Assembly (NCBI GenBank): GCA_964016885.1
Contig: OZ024747.1
Coordinates: 62,682,001 to 62,746,000 of the forward strand
Direction of reading: 5' to 3'
DNA: 64,000 nt
DNA from: Eledone cirrhosa
Taxonomy: Eukaryota
Position numbers and translations under genes: made by a program
Part shown: one piece after another, positions 40,236-53,255 of the stretch
Layout of the letters: each line of letters opens with the position of its first letter
Numbering within the stretch: the stretch's first letter is position 1
The notes under the pieces: generated by a model
Told to the model about the DNA's origin: nothing
Databases searched by the model: none
Seen by the model: only the letters and a program-made list of their open reading frames with translations

Positions 40236-40594
40236 AACTACATATATACAAGTAGGATTCGTGAATTTTAGAGAGAAACAAAGATTGGTTCATCTTGGTT
40301 ATGGCAGAAACTTCTTGTTTAATGATCAACGCTAGGGGCAAAGTACAACCCCCTTCATCCAGCCATGAAACAAAATATTTGTTCCATGGCTGGAATTATT
40401 ACTGCTGCTTTCAGTTTGATGCAATTGTGGAACGGTTAATAGGAGAAAGAAATGGAATGCTGCACTGTGGGGCAAAAGAGCCCAAACATAGCTTGGTGAT
40501 ACTTCAGTAGACAGTCTACAACAGTAGTTATAATATATTCAGTGTAATGACCAGGCATATCTATCGCGTTAGTTAGGTTTTGTAGTTGAGGTAA

Positions 40595-41375
40595 ACCGCG
40601 CACTGAACTGTAAATGTGCAGATAGACCGCACGGTGGAGTGTGTGGGTGGTGGTAAGCCGAACACTGAACTGCATGTGTGCAGGTAGACAGGGCACTGAG
40701 CTACATGTGTGCCGGTGGGCTGCAGCCATAACTACATGTGTACAGGTAGACCGGACATTGAGCTACACGTGTGTAGGTAGACAGGACATTGAGCTACATG
40801 TGTGCAGGTAGACAAGACTTTGAGCTACATGTGTGCAGGTAGACAGGACTTTGAGCTGCATATGTGCGGGTAGACAGGACATTGAGCTACATGTGTGCAG
40901 GTTGACAGGACTTTGAGCTACATGTGTGCAGGTAGACCGGACATTGAGCTACACGTGTGTAGGTAGACAGGACATTGAGCTACATGTGTGCAGGTAGACA
41001 GGACATTGAGCTACATGTGTGCAGGTTGACAGGACATTGAGCTACATGTGTGCAGGTTGACAGGACATTGAGCTATATGTGTGCCGGGAGGCCAGACACT
41101 GAGCTGTAAATGTGCAGGTAGGCCGCATCCACAACTGCATGTGTACAGGTAGACCGGACATTGAGCTGCATGTGTGAAGGTAGGCCAGAGACACAGCTAC
41201 ACCAAGCTGTAAATGTGCAGGTAGGCCGTATCCATACCAGCATGGATACAAGTAGACCGAACATTGAGCTACACTGGGAGTCCGCATCCACAACTGCACA
41301 TGTGCATGTATATCGAACATTGAGCCACATGTGTGCAGGTAGGACACATCCACACCTGCATGCCTGCAGGTAGAG
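40595..41375. repeat. 31-bp minisatellite (~25 units, diverged edges)
   Basis: gtgcaggtagacaggacattgagctacatgt; gagct at 40760, 40791, 40822. Confidence 0.9.
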
Positions 41376-41522
41376 CGCTTGCTAATATGGTACTTCTAGC
41401 TTTGTAAACTCAAAGCTGTAAATAAGTATGTTCATCGATACTGTGCACTGATAGCAGAAAATATACCGAATATATATATATATACATATATACATATATA
41501 TACATATATATATATATATATA

Positions 41523-41820
41523 TCAAGTAAGTATGTTTTGAAACAGTGAGCAGGTTTGAAATTAGAAAATAGAATAGCTTTCACCGTATTTTTGACTAAA
41601 GGAATTTTAGCCTGATAATGGGGTTTAGAACCCTCAGATAAATGGAAAAAGATGAGTATTGACGTACATGGGAGTCAAACCCACATCTTTGGTTATCGCG
41701 ACCACTGTGCTACCATTACACCAACACATCACCCATCTCTTTTCATTCAAATTAGAAGCTACATTCTAGCGAGTTTAAATGGCAAGTAAGTATGTTTTGA
41801 AACAGTGAGCAGGTTTGAAA
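41523..41820 (-). mobile_element. TA-embedded partial-tandem element containing a tRNA-like module
   Basis: 38-bp terminal direct repeat caagtaagtatgttttgaaacagtgagcaggtttgaaa (41524, 41783; period 259). Confidence 0.65.
41660..41730 (-). pseudogene. tRNA-like cloverleaf (pseudo-tRNA / Pol III module)
   Basis: Reverse strand gatgtgt-TGGTGTAATGG-tagcac-agtggt(cgcgata)acca-aag-atgtgGGTTTGACTCCcat-gtacgtc; non-canonical anticodon loop. Confidence 0.55.
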
Positions 41821-41840
41821 TATATATATATATATATATA

Positions 41841-42045
41841 TCAGATGTGAGAAAACCACAAACCCTCCATCTCAATTCTACTTTTGAAAAGCAGAAGTAC
41901 TGCGAAACCGGTAAAGGAACCAAATAAATATATATTTTTGTAAAAAAAGACTCCAGTTGCATTTTCGATTTCATCTTATTTCCTTATACTCGTGTAGGAC
42001 ACTTCGTTTTTCTTTTCATTTTGTAAAAAAAACTTCACTTTCTAA
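41841..42045 (+). mobile_element. Family G single-arm copy with U3:A8 hammerhead motif
   Basis: Homologous to 25382-25597. Confidence 0.7.
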
Positions 42046-42051
42046 TATACA

Positions 42052-42148
<97 letters not shown>

Positions 42149-42796
42149 CGATATCCCAGCGAGATTCGAATTCGTATGGCTCTCTAGAATAGTTACATTC
42201 CGACATAAAACTTTGATTTGTAGACTCAGTTCTCAGGGGGAAGGGGGGGGGGGGATTTCCAATTCGGCACTAGTATTTGCATTGCTAATAATAAAATATG
42301 TAAATAATCACAATAAATAAAAATATCTCTGCATAATATCTGATATATCTCCACTTCATGTTGACATGTTAATCCTTTTTTACGGCTGTAATCCAAGACA
42401 ACAAATAACTGTATTGTAAACGTTTGTCATTTTGTTGTTTTAGGCAAACATTTAGTTGATTGTTTTCTCTCCATTTCAGTATTAAGTCAAGAATCCTGTC
42501 TCTAAGCTATTAAAAAAAAGGCACCGGAAAATATTTGATTTACATTATAAAAAGCCAGTAAAACACATATTTCAAGTTGACTGTATATAATATTAATATA
42601 CTTTTCTGTCTACATACATGTTTATCTTTATATACATTTATCTTTATATTTATCTTTATATTTATCTTTACATATACCTTTACATATACCTTTAGATACA
42701 TACATACACGCATGCATTCACATACATACACACACATACACATACATACACACACATATACATACATACACACACATATACATACATACACACACA

Positions 42797-43405
42797 TGGT
42801 GGCTGCCAACTCGTTTTCGAGTACGGCCACTACTTTATATCCATGTAGGAGAACCCCTACCGATGCGCTGAACGAGTGTGACTTTTAGTCCAGCCAGCGA
42901 CTTGAAAACTCTGGTACAAACACTACACTTGTGACAATTATTGACACATAGTGCTGGGCCCATGGTACCATGTGATGACAAGTGCAGAGAGAACTCCAGA
43001 TATAAAGCAATGCCTGTGCCGTGAAGCTTTTATAGTGAACAAAGGCACTGCACAAAGCCAGTCCCACTCTCTTAACCAAGATGATATTTACCAAAAAGAA
43101 GAACAAGTCAACATCAATGGATACCATCAGGGTTGTAGGTGTTATATCAGAGTTTTCCTTCTCCTAGAATTCTGCCTTGACAAAGGCTAAGGGGTCATCT
43201 CTCCCGGTGATTTTGGATGGCCATTGACTCTTAAGAGCTCCTTTGCCCTTTGACAGGTTTTGTTTTTAGTCCTGCAGGATGTCCAAAGTCACCCTCCTCA
43301 CCAAGAAACCTTAGTGGGGTTGCCAATTTAGTCGCCAACGACCCAACCATGAGACAGGTTGTACTGGGATACATGTTACCAGTAGCACCAACTGGTGACC
43401 TGACA
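42797..43405 (-). mobile_element. Possible RTE-type LINE 5' region
   Basis: GC-balanced island between (CA)-rich tracts; motif ctaggagaaggaaaactctg resembles RTE 5' UTRs as I recall them; no RT or endonuclease translation seen. Confidence 0.3.
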
Positions 43406-43712
43406 TAAAATACACACACACACATATATACATACACATACATATATACATACACACATATATACATACACACAAATATATACATACACACACATATATA
43501 TATACATACACACACACACATGCCTCTTATTTTGATTGTTTACGAAATACATTCAATATTGTTTTCGTTTCGTTAGGGTGGTGGATTGGCAGAATCATTA
43601 CAGCCGCGGCTGATCCGGACCTTTTTGTTCCGTGTTCAAATTCGACCGACATCAACAGTTTCTTACAATATTCCTGGGTTAATAACAATGTAGTACCAGT
43701 CATGTACTGCCG

Positions 43713-43755
<43 letters not shown>

Positions 43756-43806
43756 GCATATATATATAGATATATATACACACACACGCATATATATTTA
43801 CACACG

Positions 43807-43858
<52 letters not shown>

Positions 43859-44115
43859 TATATATGTATATATATATATACACACACACACACTATGTAT
43901 ATGTATAGTATATATACATGTAAAGTAGTAATGTAAAAAAACAAAAAAAAAACGAAATATGTGCGGGAAATGTGCGGCATTAATGAGACATGAACGCCTA
44001 TGTAACAGATATATCGTGTGTTGTTTGTCTACAAGAAATAACATTGTACATACATTAAATTGATTTAGTTAAAACATATACTTAGAAGATCTCTAAACAC
44101 CAGTGACATGATATA

Positions 44116-44464
44116 CTCTCAGGTCTTGAATAACGCCTCCCCCACCCCGATTTTATAACACACACCCCACCCACCCACCCACACACACACACACTTATTA
44201 AATTTTACTAATCTATCTTCGGCGAAATTTTTATTGTAATTGATTCATATTGATACAACAGCTGGAGAATCTAGTAATAATTTTATTTTACATTAAGAAA
44301 AAAAAACATTATATATGACAAACATTACAAGAAATTACATATTTACGAACATACACTATACAATTACCGATTTCCCAACCCCTTGTTTATAAGAATTTAA
44401 GAAAATGTTCTCCCACCCAACCCCGCTTATTCCAACCCTCCCCCTATTATTTGGGACCCGAGAG
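44116..44464. mobile_element. Tc1/mariner-pogo-like MITE
   Basis: TA-ctctcaggtcttgaataa ... ttatttgggacccgagag-TA imperfect TIRs. Confidence 0.6.
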
Positions 44465-44599
44465 TATGGGTGTGCATATATGTAATAAGACAAAGTATCA
44501 GACCTGCCAACCTTTAAAACTCAAAACGAAGTGTACCACGAAAAAAAAAGTGCCCCAAAAGGGAAGAAATGAGGCAAAATAGGGAGATTTCACATAATA

Positions 44600-44813
44600 G
44601 TTTCTTATATAGGCAGAAGGCCAACAATTATGGGGGAGGGGAAAGTCGATTAAATTAACCCCAGTGCGTGACTGGTACTTTATTTTTTCGACACCGTAAG
44701 GATGAAAGGTAAAGTTAACCTCGGCGGAATTTGAACTCAGATCATAAAGGGCCGTAACTCTATGCTGCAAAGTATAGCGTCCGACCCTCTACCGATACTG
44801 CCAATCCACCGCC
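44600..44813 (-). mobile_element. S1 SINE, full length
   Basis: Ends ...gatactgccaatccaccgcc (head). Confidence 0.85.
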
Positions 44814-44977
44814 CTGGGGGTAGGGTGGGAGAAGATTTTACATAATGAAAGCTATATTCATTTTCACAAGTGAAGATATCTCTCACCCACCCCAAAGTGG
44901 ATGGGAGATCTCCCCGTCGGACAGGGAGAGTTGACAGGTCTGTAGTATGTTGCGGGCGAGAGGGGGCGTGGGTTATA

Positions 44978-45063
44978 CAGGATGGCCGAAAAGTCGCAAT
45001 ATATGTGACATTTTTAAGTTTCCATAATTATTTTTTTTATCGATCACGACTTTTGGGCCACCA
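44978..45063. mobile_element. Small mariner-like MITE; its right part is duplicated in inverted form at 45081-45134
   Basis: caggatggccgaaaagtcg / cgacttttgggccacc termini with TA. Confidence 0.55.
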
Positions 45064-45135
45064 TATATATATATATATATGGTGGCCCAAAAGTCGTGAT
45101 CGATAAAAAAAATAATTATGGAAACTTAAAAATGC

Positions 45136-45745
45136 TTAAACTTTAATCTGTTATTTTAATATATATATATATATATAGTAATAATAATAAATTTGAAGAC
45201 TAAAATCCAAAGAGAGCTCGATAAGGATAAATATATATCAAATATATGAGAACCGTAGAGCAAATATGTATTAAAATAACAGATTAAACTTTAATCTGTT
45301 ATTTTAATAAATATATATATAGTAATAATAATAAATTTGAAGACTAAAATCCAAAGAGAGCTCGATAAGGATAAATATATATCAAATATATGAGAACCGT
45401 AGAGCAAATATGTATTAAAATAACAGATTAAACTTTAATCTGTTATTTTAATAAATATATATATAGTAATAATAATAAATTTGAAGACTAAAATCCAAAG
45501 AGAGCTCGATAAGGATAAATATATATCAAATATATGAGAACCGTAGAGCAAATATGTATTAAAATAACAGATTAAACTTTAATCTGTTATTTTAATAAAT
45601 ATATATATAGTAATAATAATAAATTTGAAGACTAAAATCCAAAGAGAGCTCGATAAGGATAAATATATATCAAATATATGAGAACCGTAGAGCAAATAGG
45701 TATTAAAATAACAGATTAAACTTTAATCTGTTATTTTAATAAATA
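45136..45745. repeat. 144-bp tandem array (~4.2 units) built from family F element ends
   Basis: ctttaatctg at 45141, 45289, 45433, 45577, 45721; each junction is a 20-bp-arm palindrome. Confidence 0.9.
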
Positions 45746-45770
45746 TATATATATATAAATATATATATAT

Positions 45771-46437
45771 ATTAATTCAAATATTAACAAAATAGATATT
45801 CTTGTGATCAATTAAATTTTATTATACATATTTCAGAGGTACTGAATCAAGTTCAACAGTACGTCTTCATCAGATAAAATAAAATGATACATAACATACC
45901 CTGACATGTTAGATGGTTAAGATTTAATCAAGGTAGTGAATAACTTATGAGAAAACTCAATATTTATACCCTAATATTGAGAACATGAGAAAACGTAATA
46001 GAATCAATAGGGAGAGTGTGAGTAATAGTTCTATAGTAGTATCTCAAATTTTATAAACTCTATAACTGTTGCATTAAGGCAATGTTTTTCTTACTCACAC
46101 TCTCCCTATTGATTCTATTACGTTTTCTCATGTTCTCAATATTAGGGTATAAATATTGAGTTTCCTCATAAGTTATTCACTACCTTGATTAAATCTTAAC
46201 CATCTAACATGTCAGGGTATGTCATGTATCATTTTATTTTATCTGATGAGGACGTACTCTTGAACTTGATTCAGTACCTCTGAAATATGTATAATAAAAT
46301 TTAATTGATCACAAGAATATCTATTTTGTTAATATTTGAATTAATATTAATAACTCTGGAAAATATCTCCTGTAGAGTGCTTCCAATCTACAGTAAAACT
46401 CATTCTTTGATGTACTCATTGAATCTTGTTTAACTCC

Positions 46438-46440
<3 letters not shown>
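45771..46440 (+). mobile_element. Family D fold-back element (~255 bp arms, ~95 nt tail)
   Basis: 45771-46025 is the reverse complement of 46091-46345; TA-flanked. Confidence 0.8.
46237..46299 (+). ncRNA. Type I hammerhead ribozyme, family D (mirror 45817-45879 -)
   Basis: ttttat-CTGATGA-ggacgtact...agtacctct-GAAA-tatgta-TA-ataaaa. Confidence 0.75.
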
Positions 46441-46529
<89 letters not shown>

Positions 46530-46689
46530 ATTACATAAACAGAGAAAACTATTAGCGATACTCCGACCAATTCCAACTCACTCAACAAATATTAGGAAAT
46601 ACCGGAGTATATTCCCAATTAAACGTTTGGGGTGCTAACTATTTTGTATTGTGTAGATAATTGGCTGTATTATTTTATATGAGATATAA

Positions 46690-46911
46690 GGCGCGTGGCT
46701 GAGTGGTTAAAGAATTGGATTCGAAATCGTGAGGTTGTGAGTTCGTGAGTCCTATTCCAGAACCGGGCGATGCGTTGTGTTCTTGGGCAAGACACTTTAT
46801 TTTTCACGTTGCTCTTTCTACCTGGAGTTGCGACCGATAGATAGCATTAGCAATTGGAAAGACCAATGGAAACATTGTTTCCTCGGTCCGATTTGACGAA
46901 TGTCGATCGAC
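46690..46911 (+). mobile_element. tRNA-derived CORE-like SINE S2, full length
   Basis: A-box TGGCTGAGTGG, B-box-like GAGTTCG, MIR/CORE-like tgtgttcttgggcaagacact. Confidence 0.85.
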
Positions 46912-47572
46912 TGTCTATATATATTTGAAAATATTACGTGTGAATAGAAAACCTGACTGTTGAAAAACGATGAAATAAATAATTGATGGATGTATAGAAT
47001 GAAAGATGGATGGAATGAAGGATCGGTGGAATGGATGATAGACGAATTAAAGGAATAACGAATGATAGAACAAATAAACGAATAGAAAAATGAATGAATG
47101 AATACATTCTATGACAAATGACGAAATTCATTGATATTAGTTCTTCAGTTTTGCTGGTTCAAATGTAAAACCATTTAAAATTCGGCTCAGTTCTTTAGAA
47201 TTTCGCGGCTGTTATTAATGTCTTTGTGGCGTTGTGTGGCAAATATTGATCACCATGGAAACAGTTGATATATCAATTTCAATGATCAATTGATTTTAGT
47301 CACCTCAAGTATCAATTGAAATAAACTTTGTACACAACAGCCTTGTCACACCTATCTATTTCTAAAGTTTTTGACGTGTCTCTGTGTGTGTGCATGTGTG
47401 TGAAGGTGTTGAGGTGTGTGGGAATGTGTCTTTGTGTGAGTGTATGTATGTGTGTATGTGACGGTGTGGGAATGTGTGTATGTGTGGGAATGTGTATGTG
47501 TGTGTATGCATGTGTGTACGTGAAGATGTGGGAATGTGTGTGTGTGTGTATGTATGTGTATGTGTGTATGTG

Positions 47573-47622
<50 letters not shown>

Positions 47623-48324
47623 AAGGTGTGTGTCCGTACTGGATGCGTTTGTGTATGTATGTGTGTGCATATATGTGTGTGTGTGTGTATATACATATAC
47701 GTATGTATATGTGTATATGTATGTATATATGTATGTACATGTGTGTGTATATATACACATATATATATACACACACACACACACAATGTGTGTGTGTGTG
47801 TGTGTGTATGTGTGTGTATGTGTGTATACACACTGTGCTTTCTTTCTGAGGTCAAATCTTAACGGGTTTCTCTTGAGCGGCTGACTTTAATCTATGATCC
47901 TGTTTCCCAGCATCATCTGGGCCTAGTTATCTTTAGCAAAATCTTATCTGTTGCAAGTCTTCAGGCTATGGCTTGTGTTGAAACATACTTTCCTCTCTTA
48001 AACCAAACCAGTCATAGTTCCCCCCAAAATGCATCTTAAACATTTTTTTGCGATAAAAAAATTATAATAGTTTAGCAGAATATCAACTAAAACACCATAT
48101 ACACCTTTGCTTATTTGTTATTAGATAATGGTGATGCTTTGAGACTCCATTAAAGGAATTTATTAGATTTTGTCAAACCCTATCCTATCGTCGGTCGTCC
48201 AACGGGACGCCGCTAAATTTTGTCAAACCTGGTATACTCATTCTATGGATTTAGTTTTGTCGAATATAAAGATAAACTCAAACACGGACATAGACATTCA
48301 CAGACACACACATACATATACACG

Positions 48325-48490
48325 AATGGCTTCAACGCAGCTTCCGTCCACCATATTTCATTCGCAAAGCCTTAATCAACCCTAGGCTATATTCGAAGAC
48401 ACTAACCAGCAAGTTGGGACGCAGTGGGACTGAACTCGAAACTACGTGGGTGGGAAGCAAACCTTTAACCATACAGATGTATCTGCACCT
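48325..48490 (-). mobile_element. Third tRNA-derived SINE family, diverged (also ~16235-16370 +, ~34400-34550 -)
   Basis: cagtgggactgaactc (B-box reverse complement) and ggctatattcgaagacac shared among copies. Confidence 0.55.
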
Positions 48491-48636
48491 CTTTGTAACA
48501 TACATAAAACCATATTGTTGGATTTAAATATATATATTTTAAAATGCAATTCTAAAAACAAAAAATAAATTAAAAAAAAAAACACCACCATTTCCGTGTT
48601 TTGCTTTTAACTTTAAAATTTTTCTTTTCATTATTA

Positions 48637-48942
48637 GAGGTTAACTTTGCCTTTCATCCTTACGGCGTCAATAAAATAAAGTACCAGTAATACACTGGGC
48701 ATTTGCTGACCTTGTGCTAAAAGTAGAAACAATTATTAGAATAGTTGTGGTGAATTGGCAGTATCGGTAGAGGGTCGGACGCCATGCTTTGACGCATAGA
48801 GTTACGGCCTTTGCCATTCTGAGTTCAAATCCCGCCGGGGTTAACTTTGCCTTTCATCCTTACGGGGGGTCGATAAAATAAAGTACCAGTAATGTACTGA
48901 GTAATTTGCTGGCCTTGTGCCAAAATGTAGAAACAATCATTA
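48637..48942 (+). mobile_element. Two tandem S1 SINE copies
   Basis: Matches the S1 consensus. Confidence 0.8.
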
Positions 48943-49269
48943 GAATAGTTGCGTTTACATCGTGAAGCAAAAGGAAGGAATATAATATTTCTAACGTATC
49001 TTAACGAGACTACACACAACTTCTGAATATACATTAATGGTTTACAAACAAATCTATTTACTATGTCAACACTGCAGGAGATAACTCGCTGATGTCACCG
49101 CTGTTGTTGTTGTTGTTGTTGTTGTTGTAGATATTATTCAAATATTTGTTGTTGTCAATAGAATTCTATTGACTAACTCCAACAATTATATACTGGAGAC
49201 TCGTCGACACATTTCATTCATACGGTCATTTCCAGCTGTTGACTACATTTGTTGTTAATTCTGTTGCTG

Positions 49270-51762
49270 TGTTGGTGGTGGTGGTGGTAGTGGTGGTGGT
49301 GGTGGTGGTGGTGGTATTGGTGGTGGTGGTGGTGGTGGTGGTGGTGGCATTGGTGGTGGTAGTGTTGGTGGTGGTGTTGGTGATGTTGGTATTGGTGGTG
49401 GTATTGGTGGTGATATTGGTGGTGGTGTTGGTGGTGGTATCGGTGGTGGTGTTGGTGGTGATATTGGTGGTGGTATTGGTGGTGGTATTGGTGGTGGTGG
49501 TGGTGGCATTGGTGGTGGTAGTGTTGGTGGTGGTGTTGGTGATGTTGGTATTGGTGGTGGTATTGGTGGTGATATTGGTGGTGGTGTTGGTGGTGGTATC
49601 GGTGGTGGTGTTGGTGGTGATATTGGTGGTGGTATTGGTGGTGGTATTGGTGGTGGTGGTGGTGGCATTGGTGGTGGTAGTGTTGGTGGTGGTGTTGGTG
49701 ATGTTGGTATTGGTGGTGGTATTGGTGGTGATATTGGTGGTGGTGTTGGTGGTGGTATTGGTGGTGGTATTGGTGGTGATATTGGTGGTGGTGTTGGTGG
49801 TGGTATTGGTGGTGGTATTGGTGTTGGTGGTGGTGTTGGTGGTGGTGTTGGTGGTGGTGTTAGTGGTGGTATTGGTGGTGGTGGTATTGGTGGCGGTATT
49901 GGTGGTGTTGGTGGTGGTATTGGTGGTGTTGGTGGTGTTGGTGGTATTGGTGGTGGTGTTGGTGGTGGTGTTGGTGGTATTGGTGGTATTGGTGGTGGTA
50001 TTGGTGGTGGTGTTGGTGGTATTGGTGGTATTGGTGGTGGTATTGGTGGTGGTGGTGTTGGTGGTGGTATTGGTGGTGGTGTTGGTGGTGTTGGTGGTAT
50101 TGGTGGTGGTAGTGGTGTTGGTGGTGGTATTGTTGGTGGTGTTGGTGGTGGTGGTGGTGGTGGTATTGGTGGTGGTGGTGGTGGCATTGGTGGTGGTAGT
50201 GTTGGTGGTGGTGTTGGTGATGTTGGTATTGGTGGTGGTATTGGTGGTGATATTGGTGGTGGTGTTGGTGGTGGTATTGGTGTTGGTGGTGGTGTTGGTG
50301 GTGGTGTTGGTGGTGGTGTTAGTGGTGGTATTGGTGGTGGTGGTATTGGTGGCGGTATTGGTGGTGGTGGTATTGGTGGCGGTATTGGTGGTGGTGTTAG
50401 TGGCGGTATTGGTGGTGGTGGTATTGGTGGTGTTGGTGGTGGTATTGGTGGTGTTGGTGGTGTTGGTGGTATTGGTGGTGGTGTTGGTGGTATTGGTGGT
50501 ATTGGTGGTGGTATTGGTGGTGGTGGTGTTGGTGGTGGTATTGGTGGTGGTGTTGGTGGTATTGATGGTGGTGGTGTTGGTGGTGGTATTGGTGGTGGTG
50601 TTGGTGGTATTGGTGGTGGTGTTGGTGGTATTGCTGGTTGTGTTGGTGGTGATGTTGGTGGTGGTATTGATGGTGGTGTTGGTGGTATTGGTGGTGGTGT
50701 TGGTGGTGGTGGTGGTGTTGATGGTGGTGTTGGTGGTGGTGTTGGTGGTATTGATGGTGGTGTTGGTGGTATTATTGGTGGTGTTATTGGTGATGATGTT
50801 GTGATATTGTTGGTGCTGGTGGTGATGATATTGGTGGTGTTGGTGATATTGGTGTTGGTGATAGTGGTGTTGGTGTTATTGGTGATGTTGGTGATACTGG
50901 TGTTACTGGTGGTGATAGTGGTGTTGGTGATACTGGTGGTGATACTGGTGTTGGTGGTGATGTTGGTGTTGGTGATAGTGGTGTTGGTGTTATTGGTGAT
51001 ACTGGTGGTGATAGTGGTGTTGGTGTTATTGGTGGTGATATTGGTGTTGGTGATAGTGGTGTTGGTGTTATTGGTGATGTTGGTGATACTGGTGGTGATA
51101 TTGGTGTTGGTGGTGATGTTGGTGGTGTTGGTGATGTTGGTGTTGGTGATAGTGGTGTTGGTGTTATTGGTGATACTGGTGGTGATAGTGGTGTTGGTGT
51201 TATTGGTGGTGATATTGGTGTTGGTGATAGTGGTGTTGGTGTTATTGGTGATGTTGGTGATACTGGTGTTACTGGTGGTGATAGTGGTGTTGGTGATACT
51301 GGTGGTGATACTGGTGTTGGTGGTGATGTTGGTGTTGGTGATAGTGGTGTTGGTGTTATTGGTGATACTGGTGGTGATAGTGGTGTTGGTGTTATTGGTG
51401 GTGATATTGGTGTTGGTGATAGTGGTGTTGGTGTTATTGGTGATGTTGGTGATACTGGTGTTACTGGTGGTGATAGTGGTGTTGGTGATACTGGTGGTGA
51501 TACTGGTGTTGGTGGTGATGTTGGTGTTGGTGATAGTGGTGTTGGTGTTATTGGTGATACTGGTGGTGATAGTGGTGTTGGTGTTATTGGTGGTGATATT
51601 GGTGTTGGTGATAGTGGTGTTGGTGTTATTGGTGATGTTGGTGATACTGGTGGTGATATTGGTGTTGGTGGTGATGTTGGTGGTGTTGGTGATGTTGGTG
51701 TTGGTGATAGTGGTGTTGGTGTTATTGGTGGTGATATTGGTGTTGGTGGTGATGTTGGTGGT
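49270..51762. repeat. GGT-based trinucleotide minisatellite with higher-order units (159 bp in the first part; GAT/ACT variant after 50800)
   Basis: gcattgg at 49347, 49506, 49665; one-base phase shift near 50800. Confidence 0.9.
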
Positions 51763-52103
51763 TGTTTGGTTTCATCTATTTATCACAGACAGTTTATGCT
51801 AGAGGGTTCAAACATCAAGATTTACCTTTTAATTCCTTTTGTTCTTTTTGTATATTATCTTATATATTTTTTGTACTTTTACTGAAAAGAAAGAAACACG
51901 AATACAACAAATTGTTACAACAACAACTACTACTACTACTATATACATACATACATACATACATACATACATACATACATACATGCATACATACATACAT
52001 ACATATACACTTTAATTTAACGTAAATCTAATACTGGCTTAGCACTCAAAGAATTTCAAAATCTACCCAACACTCCGATAGTCTATGAAATGTTAAATAT
52101 ATA

Positions 52104-52208
<105 letters not shown>

Positions 52209-52435
52209 GTTTGTGTGTGTGTGTGCTTGCGTGTATGTGTATTTTGTAAATCTAGCGATATATACTATGTATATTAATAAACATTCTGAAAGCCTTCAGC
52301 TATGAATTTTGGTAACTGTTGACGTAGCGCCATCTAGCGGATTCCAGCAAGAGTGGGTAACTGTGGACGACGATCATCGTTTGGGACTCTGGTCGTTATC
52401 AAGACGGTGCTCCCTTATCCGGCTCTTTGTTGGAA

Positions 52436-52473
<38 letters not shown>

Positions 52474-52474
<1 letters not shown>

Positions 52475-52722
52475 AAGTAATTCCATCGGAAAAGTCCAGG
52501 AAAAAAGAGTGCTCTATGTATGCAACAGAGCTTAATTATTATTATTATGTAATAAACAACATAAGGCAATTATTCCATTTACCAGTGGTTTCTTAAAAGC
52601 AAAAGGTTATGCTTTCAATCCTCAAAATGAAAAAAATCCTGGTTTGTTTATTGAATTTGGATTTTTAAGAAACCACTGGTAAATGAATAATTGCCTTATG
52701 TTGTTTATTACATAATAATAAT
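52474..52722. mobile_element. TA-embedded fold-back element, family K
   Basis: Arms 52535-52597 / 52662-52722; GAAA-ccactgg-TA resembles a hammerhead 3' half. Confidence 0.6.
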
Positions 52723-52742
52723 ATATATATATATATATATAT

Positions 52743-53255
52743 GCAAAAGTTTTATTTAAGATTGTTGGGTTACAACGAGTAAATATTTTATAACTGATAT
52801 AAAAGCACTCAACAGTTTCTGGAGTAGGTTTACGATATTAAACAAATGGAAACTATATTTATAAAACTATATTTATTTCGTTATATATATTTCTGGGATA
52901 TCATATTAAAAATATGTTATGCCTTCCTCAGACAAAATACAATACATAAGCTGTCTTATAAATAATTAGTGACATACCTTGTGATAATGCAACTTCCTTT
53001 TAAAAAGTTGATTTGGTAGTGAAACTGTTATGATAGTTATATAGAAAGAAAACTATCATAACAGTTTCACTACCAAATCAACTTTTTAAAAGGAAGTTGC
53101 ATTATCACAAGGTATGTCTCTAATTATTTATAAGACAGCTTATGTATTGTATTTTGTCTGAGGAAGGCATAACATATTTTTAATATGATATCCCAGAAAT
53201 ATATATAACGAAATAAATATAGTTTTATAAATATAGTTTCCATTTGTTTAATATC

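Noticed and set aside
40595-41375. 31-bp repeat array as a CRISPR
   Set aside because: Units are contiguous with no unique spacers, no cas genes, and the context is eukaryotic.
41660-41730. Functional tRNA gene
   Set aside because: Lacks U33, T-loop reads TTTG, and it is embedded in a repeat family, so it is kept as pseudo-tRNA only.
43290-43405. HDV-like or twister ribozyme at the putative RTE 5' end (- strand)
   Set aside because: Some helices can be drawn (gtcaggt/acctgtc, tactgg/ccagta) but I could not place the required catalytic residues. It needs an Infernal search.
45136-45745. Palindromic repeat array as CRISPR-like
   Set aside because: The intervening sequences are identical, so it is a plain tandem duplication.
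49239-51802. Val/Leu-rich (+), Pro-rich (-) and Gly-rich (+) long frames
   Set aside because: Stop-free only because of GGT composition. The Gly frame is preceded by TAA at 49256 and shifts phase near 50800.
52340-52435. Another possible CRE fragment
   Set aside because: GC-rich island but no frame matches the other fragments convincingly.
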